In this document: piece after piece, positions 1-8,516 of the stretch
How the letters are laid out: each line of letters begins with the position of its first letter
Position numbering within the stretch: the stretch's first letter is position 1
Assembly: GCA_003241475.1 (NCBI GenBank)
Contig: QFQB01000001.1
Span: forward strand, 24,997-88,996
Origin: Micavibrio aeruginosavorus
GTDB lineage: Bacteria; Pseudomonadota; Alphaproteobacteria; Micavibrionales; Micavibrionaceae
DNA length: 64,000 nucleotides
Direction: 5' to 3'
Program-made: the position numbers and the translations under genes
Notes under the pieces: generated by a model
Databases searched by the model: none
The model's input: the letters and a program-made list of their open reading frames with translations, nothing else
What the model was told of the DNA's origin: nothing

Positions 1-632
1 CCCCGCACAAGCAAGAGATATTCAAGCTGTGCGAAAGCGTGGACGATACGGCGCGCAAAATCGGCGCGGTAAACACGGTTGTTGTTCGGGATGGAAAACT
101 GCACGGCACCAACACGGATGCGTTCGGATTTATCGAGAATGTCCATCGCAACACATTCGGGACGGATTTTCTGCACAAGCCCGCCGTCGTGCTCGGCGCC
201 GGCGGCGCGGCCCGCGCGGTTGTCTATGCGCTGATCGAGGCGGGCGCGAAGAAAATAATCGTGCTCAACCGCACCAAAGAAAAGGCAGAAGAAATTCGCA
301 AAGACTATCCGCTTGAAATTTTTGTCGGCGACTGGGCGGGCCGCAACGCGCTTTTGGACGGCGCCGGACTTTTGGTGAATACAACGGCGTTGGGCATGAG
401 CGGCAAAGATCCGCTGGACATTGATTTGTCCAGCTTGCCGAAAGAGGCAGTCGTGAGCGATATCGTCTATGCGCCGCTGATGACCGATCTTCTTAAGCAG
501 GCGGAGAGCAGGGGCCACCAGATTGTTACGGGCATAGGCATGTTGCTGCATCAGGCGCGCCCCGCGTTTGAAAAATGGTTTGGCGTGTTGCCGGAAGTAT
601 CAGAGGCTCTCGAGAAAAAGGTGCTGACATGA
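1..632 (+). CDS. aroE: shikimate 5-dehydrogenase AroE, C-terminal part (5' end outside window)
   Basis: Frame 3 is open from nt 3 (HKQEIFKLCESVDDTARKIGAVNTVV...), so the M at nt 39 in the ORF track is an internal GTG. GAVNT, NTD and the GAGGAARAV glycine loop are typical of AroE. Stop TGA 630-632 overlaps the coaE ATG (ATGA). Confidence 0.9.
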   Translation, partial: PHKQEIFKLCESVDDTARKIGAVNTVVVRDGKLHGTNTDAFGFIENVHRNTFGTDFLHKPAVVLGAGGAARAVVYALIEAGAKKIIVLNRTKEKAEEIRKDYPLEIFVGDWAGRNALLDGAGLLVNTTALGMSGKDPLDIDLSSLPKEAVVSDIVYAPLMTDLLKQAESRGHQIVTGIGMLLHQARPAFEKWFGVLPEVSEALEKKVLT

Positions 633-1231
633 TCGTGATCGGTCTTACCGGCTCCATCGGCATGGGAAAGTCAACAGCGGCAAAGATGCTGCAATGGCTT
701 GGCGTGCCCGTCCACGACTCCGACAAGGCCGTGCATGATGCGTTGTTGCCCCAAGGAAGCGCGTACGAACAGGTGCGCGGCCTGTTCCCGACAGCTGTGG
801 GAAAAGACGGCATTATCGACCGCAAGGCGCTGGGCGCCATCGTTTTCAAGGACAAGCCGGCGTTGAAGCAGCTGGAAGACATTCTTCATCCCGCAGCCAA
901 ATCCAGCCAGCAGAAATTCATCGCCGGACAAGAAGCGCTGGGCAAAAAGATCGTCGCGCTGGAAATACCGCTACTGTTCGAGACGAACGCGCAAGATCGC
1001 GTTCATAGCGTGATAACGGTGACATCGCCGCCGGATGTGCAACGCGCACGGGTTTTGTCGAGGCCGAATATGAGCGAAGAAAAATTCCAATCCATCCTGA
1101 CAAGTCAGATCCCGGATCAAGAAAAACAGGCGCGAAGCAATTTTGTGATCGATACCGGATCGGGATATTTGAAAACATTTTTCCAGCTCGCCAAAGCGCT
1201 ACGGATCATCAAAAGAAAGAGCAAAGCATGA
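629..1231 (+). CDS. coaE: dephospho-CoA kinase
   Basis: N-terminus MIVIGLTGSIGMGKST (P-loop) is the canonical CoaE start. ATG 629 is preferred over the ORF-track start 575 because it gives the ATGA overlap with aroE. Its stop overlaps the dnaQ ATG (1228-1231). Confidence 0.92.
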   Translation: MIVIGLTGSIGMGKSTAAKMLQWLGVPVHDSDKAVHDALLPQGSAYEQVRGLFPTAVGKDGIIDRKALGAIVFKDKPALKQLEDILHPAAKSSQQKFIAGQEALGKKIVALEIPLLFETNAQDRVHSVITVTSPPDVQRARVLSRPNMSEEKFQSILTSQIPDQEKQARSNFVIDTGSGYLKTFFQLAKALRIIKRKSKA

Positions 1232-1905
1232 GAGAGATCGTTCTCGATACCGAAACGACGGGCATGGACCCCGTCAAGGGCGATAAACTGGTGGAGATCG
1301 GTTGCGTAGAGCTGGAAAATCACCTGCCCACGGGAAAGACCTATCATGTTTATATCAATCCCGAGCGCGAGATTCCGCCCGAAGCCACGGCGGTTCACGG
1401 CATCACCGACGATTTCGTCAAAGACAAGCCGACGTTTGGCGAGATTGTCGGCGATTTCATGGATTTTATCGGCAATGACAGGCTCGTCATCCACAATGCC
1501 GAATTCGACGTAAAATTTTTGAACGCGGAATTAAAAACATTCGGTTTCCCTTCGCTCGATAGCAGACGGGTATTTGATACGCTTCGCATGGCGCGGGAAA
1601 AATTCCCCGGAAGCCCTGCAAACCTCGATGCGTTATGCCGCAGGTTTAATATCGACAACTCGGGCCGTACCTATCACGGGGCGCTACTCGACTCCCAGCT
1701 ACTGGCGGAAGTCTATCTTGAATTGCTCGGCGGACGGCAGCGCGGGCTGGGCATCAGCGAAGCATCAATAGCGGTAGAGAAAACCATTCAAGCATCGAAC
1801 AGGGAGTTTCGTGAAGCGCGCGTCTTTACGCCAAGTGAAGAAGAGCTTGCCGCGCATGAAGAAATGCTCGGAAAATTGAAAGATCCTCTTTGGAAATCGA
1901 ACTGA
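1228..1905 (+). CDS. dnaQ: DNA polymerase III epsilon subunit (3'-5' exonuclease)
   Basis: Exo motifs VLDTETTG, HNAEFD and HGALLDSQLLAEVY; 225 aa. Confidence 0.95.
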   Translation: MREIVLDTETTGMDPVKGDKLVEIGCVELENHLPTGKTYHVYINPEREIPPEATAVHGITDDFVKDKPTFGEIVGDFMDFIGNDRLVIHNAEFDVKFLNAELKTFGFPSLDSRRVFDTLRMAREKFPGSPANLDALCRRFNIDNSGRTYHGALLDSQLLAEVYLELLGGRQRGLGISEASIAVEKTIQASNREFREARVFTPSEEELAAHEEMLGKLKDPLWKSN

Positions 1906-1906
1906 T

Positions 1907-4900
1907 TTAGGGCAGTTCCACGCGGACCGGCAGCTGGTTGTCCGTAGTATCCTGTCCGTCACCGTTTTTACCGAAATTTGTTTCTCCCCAGCACCACATT
2001 CCACCATTGACACGGGTACCGCAGGTATAATCGCTACCCGCGCTGATGGCGACCCAATCCGACCACGTTCCCGTTCCTGCATCGTCCTTGACCTGAACGG
2101 GTTCTGTGCGGTTGGTCGTGGTTTGTCCGTCTCCCAGTCGCCCGTTCGCGGCATTGCCCCAGCACCACGCCGTGCCGTTCGAGCGAATTCCGCAAGCGTG
2201 GCTGTAGCCCGGGCTTATCTGCACCCAGTCATACCAGTATGTGCCAGAACCGTCTTTAACCTGTGTTGGAACATTGGAGTTCGATGTTCCGCCGTTGCCC
2301 AAACGGCCTGAGCTTCCGGTACCCCAGCACCACGCCGACCCGTCGACGCGCAAGCCGCAACTGAATTCATTTCCCGCAATGGCAGAAGTCCAATCCGCCC
2401 ATCCAGCGCCTGCAGAGCTGTTCAGTACTTGCACGGGGCGAGTTTGGTTCGTGAAATCGTTGTTGTTGCCGAGCGCGCCGCCAAAGGGCGTGCCCCAGCA
2501 CCACGCCGTGCCGTTAGTGCGCGTACCACATCCATGTGTTCCCGAAGCGGAAACCCTGACCCAGTCCGACCATCCAGGCGAAGCCGAGTCAGTGTTTACT
2601 TCCGAAGGTGTATCGTAAGTAGACCAGATGGTTCCATTGCCCAATTTTCCAAAGGAGCCAATTCCCCAACAATAAGCACGTCCATTACGTCTTAGACCGC
2701 AGGTGTGATCTTCGCCCGCATCGACCATAGTCCAGTCCGACCACGTTCCCGTTCCTGCGGTATCTTTGACCTGAACGGGACGTGTGCGATCTGTGGAAGT
2801 TTGGTCATCGCCAAGCTGACCGTTGTTGGCGCGTCCCCAGCACCACGCTGTACCATTTGCGCGAACGCCGCATGCATAATCACGTCCTGTCGAAACCGTG
2901 GACCAATCCGCCCATCCGGCAGAGGTGCTGTCAGTTTGCACAAGTGTGGGATTGAGTGAGTTTGTGGTGCTCTGGAAATTACCCAGCGCGCCGAATTCAG
3001 CCTTACCCCAACAGTAAAGTTCACCGTTTGGTTGAATGCTACAGGAAATATTTGTCAGTGCCTCGAAAGTGCCAAGATATTTTTTCCAAATGACCGATGT
3101 CGCCGTTGGCAAAGTTGTCCAAGCCGAGCCGTTGCAATACTGCCATGGCGGCGTTACCGACGTGTTATAGCGCACAGCGCCAGTATTGGCGGCGGCGCAA
3201 TCCGCATCTGTCCCGAACCGCACGGCGCCATTAACATCCACGGCGACGGCGGGCGTTTCCGTACCAATACCCATTTTGCCGTCCGTTGCGATGGCCAGAT
3301 CGGATGAGATGACGTTCATGAAATTCGTCGCCGCAGTGTTGTTGCGCCCGATCTCAAGATTGCTGTTGGCGTGGTCAATCCCGAAAGAGCGGGGAATCTG
3401 AAAACCGCTACTTTCAAAGCCGTAAAGCTGCCGCGCTTCCGCATCCGTAAAGGCTCTGTTGTAAAGTCTTACGCTATCGAGGCCGCCTTTAAAGCGTTGC
3501 GTTGGAGAGGCCGCGCCGTTCTGTCCAAAATAGAGAGAGCCGTTTGCGGTGTTATCGTACTGCACGGCAGTGGCAAGCGTTTTAGAATTGCTTAATGCGC
3601 CGTTTATGTAGATTTTCTTCAGCGAGTTGGTCGGGTTGTAGACCATGATGACATGTGTCCAACTATCGTTACTGATCCGGCTTCCGCTGGCGAGCGTATC
3701 TGTCGTACCCGTATGTCCTGTTTCAAAATTAACAACACCGCTTTGGCCCGTCATGGAGGCAGCATAGCTGTTGAAAATCGGCGAGGCGTTGCTGTTGTAG
3801 GTTTTTGCAATGATCTTTGCGCCCGCAGCTTGTGTACCTGTTGGGTTTACCCAGAACGATAGCGTGAAATCGGCAGGTTGTAACGCTACGTTGCTCGATA
3901 TCGTGATGTTGTCATCCACGCCGTCGAAAATGGCCGCACCGTCAATGCGCCCGTCACTAGGTGCCCAGAGCGTGCCGTTGTTCAATGTCCCGGTATAGCT
4001 ACCACCGTCGCTGGAGGCCGTTCCCGCGCTCTCGTCTAGCTTCCATCGTGCTACATAATCCGTGATATCCGTTGCCGTTGTGTCGGCTGTCGTCTTGAAA
4101 GTAATTTGCGACGAGGTTGTTGCGGCCGTTGTTTCCAGCAAAAGCTGGCTCGGGGCGGACGACTCCCTCACCGCTGCGCGTCCTGCTGCCGTGAATCCAA
4201 ACCCTGTAGCCGAGCCGTCCGGTGAGAGGTAATTCGCCCCGATGCCGACATTCATGCCGGGGCCGATGATGGTCGAAAATGTATCGTTCCATCCCCATAG
4301 CGGATAATTGGGTATTGATTCCACACGTGACGGTGCAGGCTGGTCTGCTGTCAGAACGGACCCGTTACCAAGCTGTCCATATGTATCATCACCCCAGCAA
4401 AGAACGCTGTTGTCTGCCTTCATCGCGCAAGAATGGCTGTTGCCTGCGGCAACGGCAACGGCCTTGCCAGCACTTCCCACTTTAAGCGGAGAGGTAAGTG
4501 GTGAGGGAGTCCCACTATTCCCGAGCTTGCCATCTGCCGTCTGCCCCCAGCAATAGACATCGCCTTCGGCTCGTAAGCCACAGGTGTGGTAGCGGCCGGG
4601 CCTGATATCAATCCACGGTCCGGGTAGGGAAACCAAAGATGGTGATTGCGCATCCGTCGTCGTGTTGTTGCCGAGCTGTCCTTGTGCACCCGCCCCCCAG
4701 CACCATGCAGATCCGTCTGCTTTTATGCCGCAGGCATGGTTTTCAAAAGCGTTGATGTTCACCCATGGCCCGAAGTCATTAACGGTTGCAGGTGCCGATA
4801 CGCTACCACTACTTCCATTGCCAAGTTTCCCGGATGTATCCGAGCCCCAGCAATAGGCGCGGCCATCCGATCTAATACCACAAGTAAATTGATAGCCCGC

Positions 4901-7900
4901 CGTTATATCCGTCCAATCAGTTGCAGTCCCGATTTGCACAGGAGCGGCTTGCGTGGCCGCCGTCGATCCGTTACCAAGTTGCCCTTGCGCTTCCGAACCC
5001 CAGCACCAGAGCGTTCCATTCGCTTTGACCCCGCAGGAATGGTCTGCGCCCGCGACTATTTTGCTCCACGGTATTCCATCGCTTACGACCATGGAAGGTG
5101 TTTCTTGCGTCGAGCTTATGGCTGTGTTGTTGCCAAGCTGGCCTGAAGAATCGCTACCCCAGCAGAAACCATTTCCATCGCCGCGTACGCCACAGCTGTG
5201 CCCCCCATAAGAAGAAATATTCGACCAGCCTGCGTAATTTGCCGCAGGTGTTTGCACAGTTGATGTTGTATTCAGTGTAATGACGACGCTTCCCGAGTTG
5301 CAATTATTTGTCATCGCGTAACGAAGGCGGAGCCTATCCGTTGAGGCAAAAGTTCCCAAATCAACAGAACCTGTAAATGTCTGCGAGGCGCCGACAAGGG
5401 ATATTGTATTGCCAAGTTGTGCTTCGGTTTGCAGTGTGCCACCTGAATTTACGCGCCCGGCATATGCGTTGACGGCGACGCAGTCGGCTGTTGCAGTATC
5501 CGTATAGTTCAATGTGGTTGTATAGGTCCGCGCTCCTTGCCCATCATCACGTCCTGGCGATCCCGCTTCGGTGTACGCATAAAATGTTGAAGTGGCGTAA
5601 GAGTTTATAGCGGTAAGCACAATACTACCCGTTGCTTGAGGTGACATCAAAAGTTGCCATCCCGCAGGGGTTAAGGCTGACGCGACAGTGGATAGATAAT
5701 AGGTATCGGTAGAAATACCGGCAACGGGGTAGGGGGCAACACTGTCCGATACCGCAGATCCATTGCCAAGTTGTCCTGTATTGTCGCGTCCCCAGCACCA
5801 AGGCTCACCTTCTTTTTTGACAATGCATGTGTGATTCTCACCTGCAACCAAAAGTCCCCGTGCCGTATCGATATAAGGGCTGGAACGGATTGGTTGGCGA
5901 ACATCGGCTTCATGCATCGAAACTTTGGAAAGTTGTACAGCTTCCGCAGGAGATAGCGCCCGGCTATAGACGCGTACATCGTCAATACCGCCGTCGAGAT
6001 CCCAGTCTGTGCTACCATTTCCGTGGCGACCAAACCAAGTGTTTGCGCCCGCGCCCGTCCAGACGACATCTGCCGTGTTTTCAACATCTGCCGCCATCAT
6101 TCCATCGACATAAACTCTGAACCGATCATTAGTGCTATCAAAAGTGCCAACAACGTAATGCCATCCCGTTCCTCTTAATTCGCGGTTTGTCGGAACCTGG
6201 TTCCAGCCTCCGCTGTGGTGATAACCCATGCGAAGCCCAAATGTCGTGTCAGCAGAGAACATCACAATATCGCCGATGGAGAACAGGCTCACGCCATTGG
6301 TGTCGTAAGAGTTTATGTTGAGCCAGAAGGCGATCGTTCCTTGGTTGCTTAAATCCAAAAGGCCGGTGGCTTGTGCGGCCGTTCTATCGTCTTTATCAAA
6401 AAGCAGGCTTCCATTTCCATGCGGACCACTGGCCCAATGCGGTTCGAACGAGGACAAGAATGTCGCGGTATGGGAACCGATGCTATCAGCAAAAGTCGTT
6501 CCTGTTTTTTCATCCATCTTCCAATGGGCAACAAGTCCATCATCAAGCGGGTCGTCTAAAGTCTGGCCGCCGGATGTCGAGGTAGGAACCTTGTAGCCTC
6601 CAGGCGGATTGGGGCTACTGCATTCATATCCGGAAAGAATGTAAAAACCGTCATTTTCTGTGGCCACATAAATATAGTTTCCATCGCCCCAAACAGCATT
6701 GGCGCTGGTTGTTCCCGACCATGTTTCCTGTAGTGCGATAGTTGTGCCGTCAAAAGTATAGGCGTTAATGCCGCCACCATTGACCGCCACAAAAATATTA
6801 ACGCCATCAGACCAGATATCATTGGCGGCAACTGCCTCGGAATCGATCATCGTCAGAACACCGCCTGTAAAGCCATAGGCGTAAAGGGTCGATCCGTTGG
6901 TTGTGAAATAATAATCTTGATTTCCTGTAACCTTGCCACCACCGTTTGTTCCTGCCGTGGCCTTGACCGTGAAGGCTGATCCATTGAATCCAAGAGCGGC
7001 AGGCGCCGCCGCACAATCGCCCAGCAATAAAGTTGTCCCATCGCCCCAAGAAGAGCATGCATTGACACCAGCATGAGTGCCCGCCAAGGTAAAGGCTGTT
7101 CCATTGAAAGAATAGGCAGAAAGTCCGCCGCCTGCCGCCGCCGCATAGACGTAATCGCCATCAGACCAGACACTGTTGACGTTGGTGGCGAAGGCCTCAT
7201 TATCAAGTTGGGTAAGATCGGACCCATTGTAAGAAAGAGCGACCAAGCGCTGGCCGCTTGTCGTTGCGCCGGCGTAAACATAGTTGTCATCGCCGCTCAA
7301 TGTGGACCAGCCTGCGCTACCGCCACCGATGGTATCTATTTCGATTAAATTCGTACCGTCATAGTTATAGATGCCGATGCCATCCGATGCGCTGGCGATG
7401 TAGATATCTTGATTGCGGGCGCCGGTACGCGTCCATATGTCCTTGATCCCTGTTGTGGGGGAAAGATTACCGACAGCGGCGAAAGGCCCACCGCGATTGG
7501 CAGTACAGTTCCCCAGTTCGGGACGGAAATCAGTCGGAGCCGCTTCGCCGCTACCTGAAATTCCAACCCAGCCGTTGCCGTTTGCGAAATCACACATCTC
7601 GATTGTCGGCGGCGTAGTTGTCGTGTTGCGTCGAAGCTGACCGTTCTTTGCCTCGGTATCGCAATCTCCGGTGGCGCCTTCAGGCGGCAGAACAATCCCC
7701 TGAGAGGTTAGGTTTACGGCGCCATCAAAGCTCGCACCACCTGTGCTTGTCGATTCAATATTTTTGTCTATTTGCGCGGAATTGGCGTCAGCGCTGTTAA
7801 TTTTCCACAAGCCTCCGCCGATACCGTTGGCTTCCGCATAGGTGTAGCTCAATACAATATCGTCGCTACCGGCTGGTTTGTTGAGCATAGGTGAATCCGG

Positions 7901-8515
7901 TACGCCATCACCATCTAAATCAACGTAATCGTTACAAGACGTTTCAAAGGTGCCATTCTTACCTGCGCTGATAACTGCGATCGCGGGCTGATCATCACGC
8001 GGCGCGCCGGTCAGCCTGTTCATAGAAGCGTCTGCAGGGACATCCGCGCATCCCGGCACTTCGTTTGCAGGAACGGAGTCGTGAATCGTGGTGACTGTGC
8101 CGGGATCCCAAACACAGTAGCCGTATTCTGTTCCCCAAGGATCGGAAACGCTTGTCCCCATCGTGTAAGGAATAAGTCCGCCGCCTGTGGGCACAGGTTT
8201 TGACCCCGGATCACGGTAAGGTAATCCTTCAACAAAGCCGTCGGAATCACAATCGCCGCCGTTCGTTTGCTGGGTGGTAGCGGATGCGATGGCCAGACGT
8301 GTTGAAGCCACAAGATTGTTTTGCGCGATAGTCGAACGGGTAATGTTGGCAGACGTTGCGCCGGGTCCTCGCAAAATCGTATTTAGTCCATAAGTAATGA
8401 CGCCCGCCATTCCGACAGCCGCGAACAGCATCAAGATAGCGTTACCGGCCTCACGACCCCGCTGTTTCTTTCTGTCTATCGCCGTGCTTACGGTCATGTT
8501 GCCATTATCATCCAT
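1907..8515 (-). CDS. giant modular surface protein 1 (pilin-like head, propeller-like repeats, 2 LamG, 2 RCC1 propellers)
   Basis: 2202-aa ORF; ATG 8513-8515 lies 1 nt from the stop of the upstream gene. Modules (aa): 1-45 basic N-terminus plus hydrophobic helix (AGNAILMLFAAVGMAGVITYG); 85-325 GspG-like head (DPWGTEYGYCVWDPG, IAVISAGKNG); 335-632 ~40-aa YVYA/AYSF-G repeats; 658-863 LamG (LVAHWKMDE...IDDVRVYSRALSPAEA); 885-1400 RCC1 x7 with a 170-aa insert; 1486-1699 LamG; 1738-1802 fibre-tip-like motif (MGIGTETPAVAVDVNG...GAVRYN..WQYCNGSAW); 1815-2202 RCC1 x7. Confidence 0.9.
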   Translation of the reverse strand: MDDNGNMTVSTAIDRKKQRGREAGNAILMLFAAVGMAGVITYGLNTILRGPGATSANITRSTIAQNNLVASTRLAIASATTQQTNGGDCDSDGFVEGLPYRDPGSKPVPTGGGLIPYTMGTSVSDPWGTEYGYCVWDPGTVTTIHDSVPANEVPGCADVPADASMNRLTGAPRDDQPAIAVISAGKNGTFETSCNDYVDLDGDGVPDSPMLNKPAGSDDIVLSYTYAEANGIGGGLWKINSADANSAQIDKNIESTSTGGASFDGAVNLTSQGIVLPPEGATGDCDTEAKNGQLRRNTTTTPPTIEMCDFANGNGWVGISGSGEAAPTDFRPELGNCTANRGGPFAAVGNLSPTTGIKDIWTRTGARNQDIYIASASDGIGIYNYDGTNLIEIDTIGGGSAGWSTLSGDDNYVYAGATTSGQRLVALSYNGSDLTQLDNEAFATNVNSVWSDGDYVYAAAAGGGLSAYSFNGTAFTLAGTHAGVNACSSWGDGTTLLLGDCAAAPAALGFNGSAFTVKATAGTNGGGKVTGNQDYYFTTNGSTLYAYGFTGGVLTMIDSEAVAANDIWSDGVNIFVAVNGGGINAYTFDGTTIALQETWSGTTSANAVWGDGNYIYVATENDGFYILSGYECSSPNPPGGYKVPTSTSGGQTLDDPLDDGLVAHWKMDEKTGTTFADSIGSHTATFLSSFEPHWASGPHGNGSLLFDKDDRTAAQATGLLDLSNQGTIAFWLNINSYDTNGVSLFSIGDIVMFSADTTFGLRMGYHHSGGWNQVPTNRELRGTGWHYVVGTFDSTNDRFRVYVDGMMAADVENTADVVWTGAGANTWFGRHGNGSTDWDLDGGIDDVRVYSRALSPAEAVQLSKVSMHEADVRQPIRSSPYIDTARGLLVAGENHTCIVKKEGEPWCWGRDNTGQLGNGSAVSDSVAPYPVAGISTDTYYLSTVASALTPAGWQLLMSPQATGSIVLTAINSYATSTFYAYTEAGSPGRDDGQGARTYTTTLNYTDTATADCVAVNAYAGRVNSGGTLQTEAQLGNTISLVGASQTFTGSVDLGTFASTDRLRLRYAMTNNCNSGSVVITLNTTSTVQTPAANYAGWSNISSYGGHSCGVRGDGNGFCWGSDSSGQLGNNTAISSTQETPSMVVSDGIPWSKIVAGADHSCGVKANGTLWCWGSEAQGQLGNGSTAATQAAPVQIGTATDWTDITAGYQFTCGIRSDGRAYCWGSDTSGKLGNGSSGSVSAPATVNDFGPWVNINAFENHACGIKADGSAWCWGAGAQGQLGNNTTTDAQSPSLVSLPGPWIDIRPGRYHTCGLRAEGDVYCWGQTADGKLGNSGTPSPLTSPLKVGSAGKAVAVAAGNSHSCAMKADNSVLCWGDDTYGQLGNGSVLTADQPAPSRVESIPNYPLWGWNDTFSTIIGPGMNVGIGANYLSPDGSATGFGFTAAGRAAVRESSAPSQLLLETTAATTSSQITFKTTADTTATDITDYVARWKLDESAGTASSDGGSYTGTLNNGTLWAPSDGRIDGAAIFDGVDDNITISSNVALQPADFTLSFWVNPTGTQAAGAKIIAKTYNSNASPIFNSYAASMTGQSGVVNFETGHTGTTDTLASGSRISNDSWTHVIMVYNPTNSLKKIYINGALSNSKTLATAVQYDNTANGSLYFGQNGAASPTQRFKGGLDSVRLYNRAFTDAEARQLYGFESSGFQIPRSFGIDHANSNLEIGRNNTAATNFMNVISSDLAIATDGKMGIGTETPAVAVDVNGAVRFGTDADCAAANTGAVRYNTSVTPPWQYCNGSAWTTLPTATSVIWKKYLGTFEALTNISCSIQPNGELYCWGKAEFGALGNFQSTTNSLNPTLVQTDSTSAGWADWSTVSTGRDYACGVRANGTAWCWGRANNGQLGDDQTSTDRTRPVQVKDTAGTGTWSDWTMVDAGEDHTCGLRRNGRAYCWGIGSFGKLGNGTIWSTYDTPSEVNTDSASPGWSDWVRVSASGTHGCGTRTNGTAWCWGTPFGGALGNNNDFTNQTRPVQVLNSSAGAGWADWTSAIAGNEFSCGLRVDGSAWCWGTGSSGRLGNGGTSNSNVPTQVKDGSGTYWYDWVQISPGYSHACGIRSNGTAWCWGNAANGRLGDGQTTTNRTEPVQVKDDAGTGTWSDWVAISAGSDYTCGTRVNGGMWCWGETNFGKNGDGQDTTDNQLPVRVELP
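1910..3073 (-). repeat. RCC1-like blade array, 7 blades, WSDW type (coding, C-terminus of giant protein 1)
   Basis: Seven ~52-aa units CG.R.NG.AWCWG....G.LG.G...RP.PVQVK....G.WSDW. On the plus strand each blade shows as ccccagcacca. Confidence 0.85.
4316..5863 (-). repeat. RCC1-like blade array, 7 blades, GPW type, with an insert after blade 1 (giant protein 1)
   Basis: PWCWGRDNTGQLGNGS (blade 1), then a non-RCC1 insert at aa 930-1095, then six blades (GFCWGSDSSGQLGNN ... VLCWGDDTYGQLGNGS). Confidence 0.8.
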
Positions 8516-8516
8516 T

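Noticed and set aside
575-628. Upstream extension of coaE given in the ORF track (MVWRVAGSIRGSREKGAD...)
   Set aside because: It overlaps the aroE 3' end in another frame. The canonical CoaE N-terminus starts at ATG 629 with an ATGA overlap.
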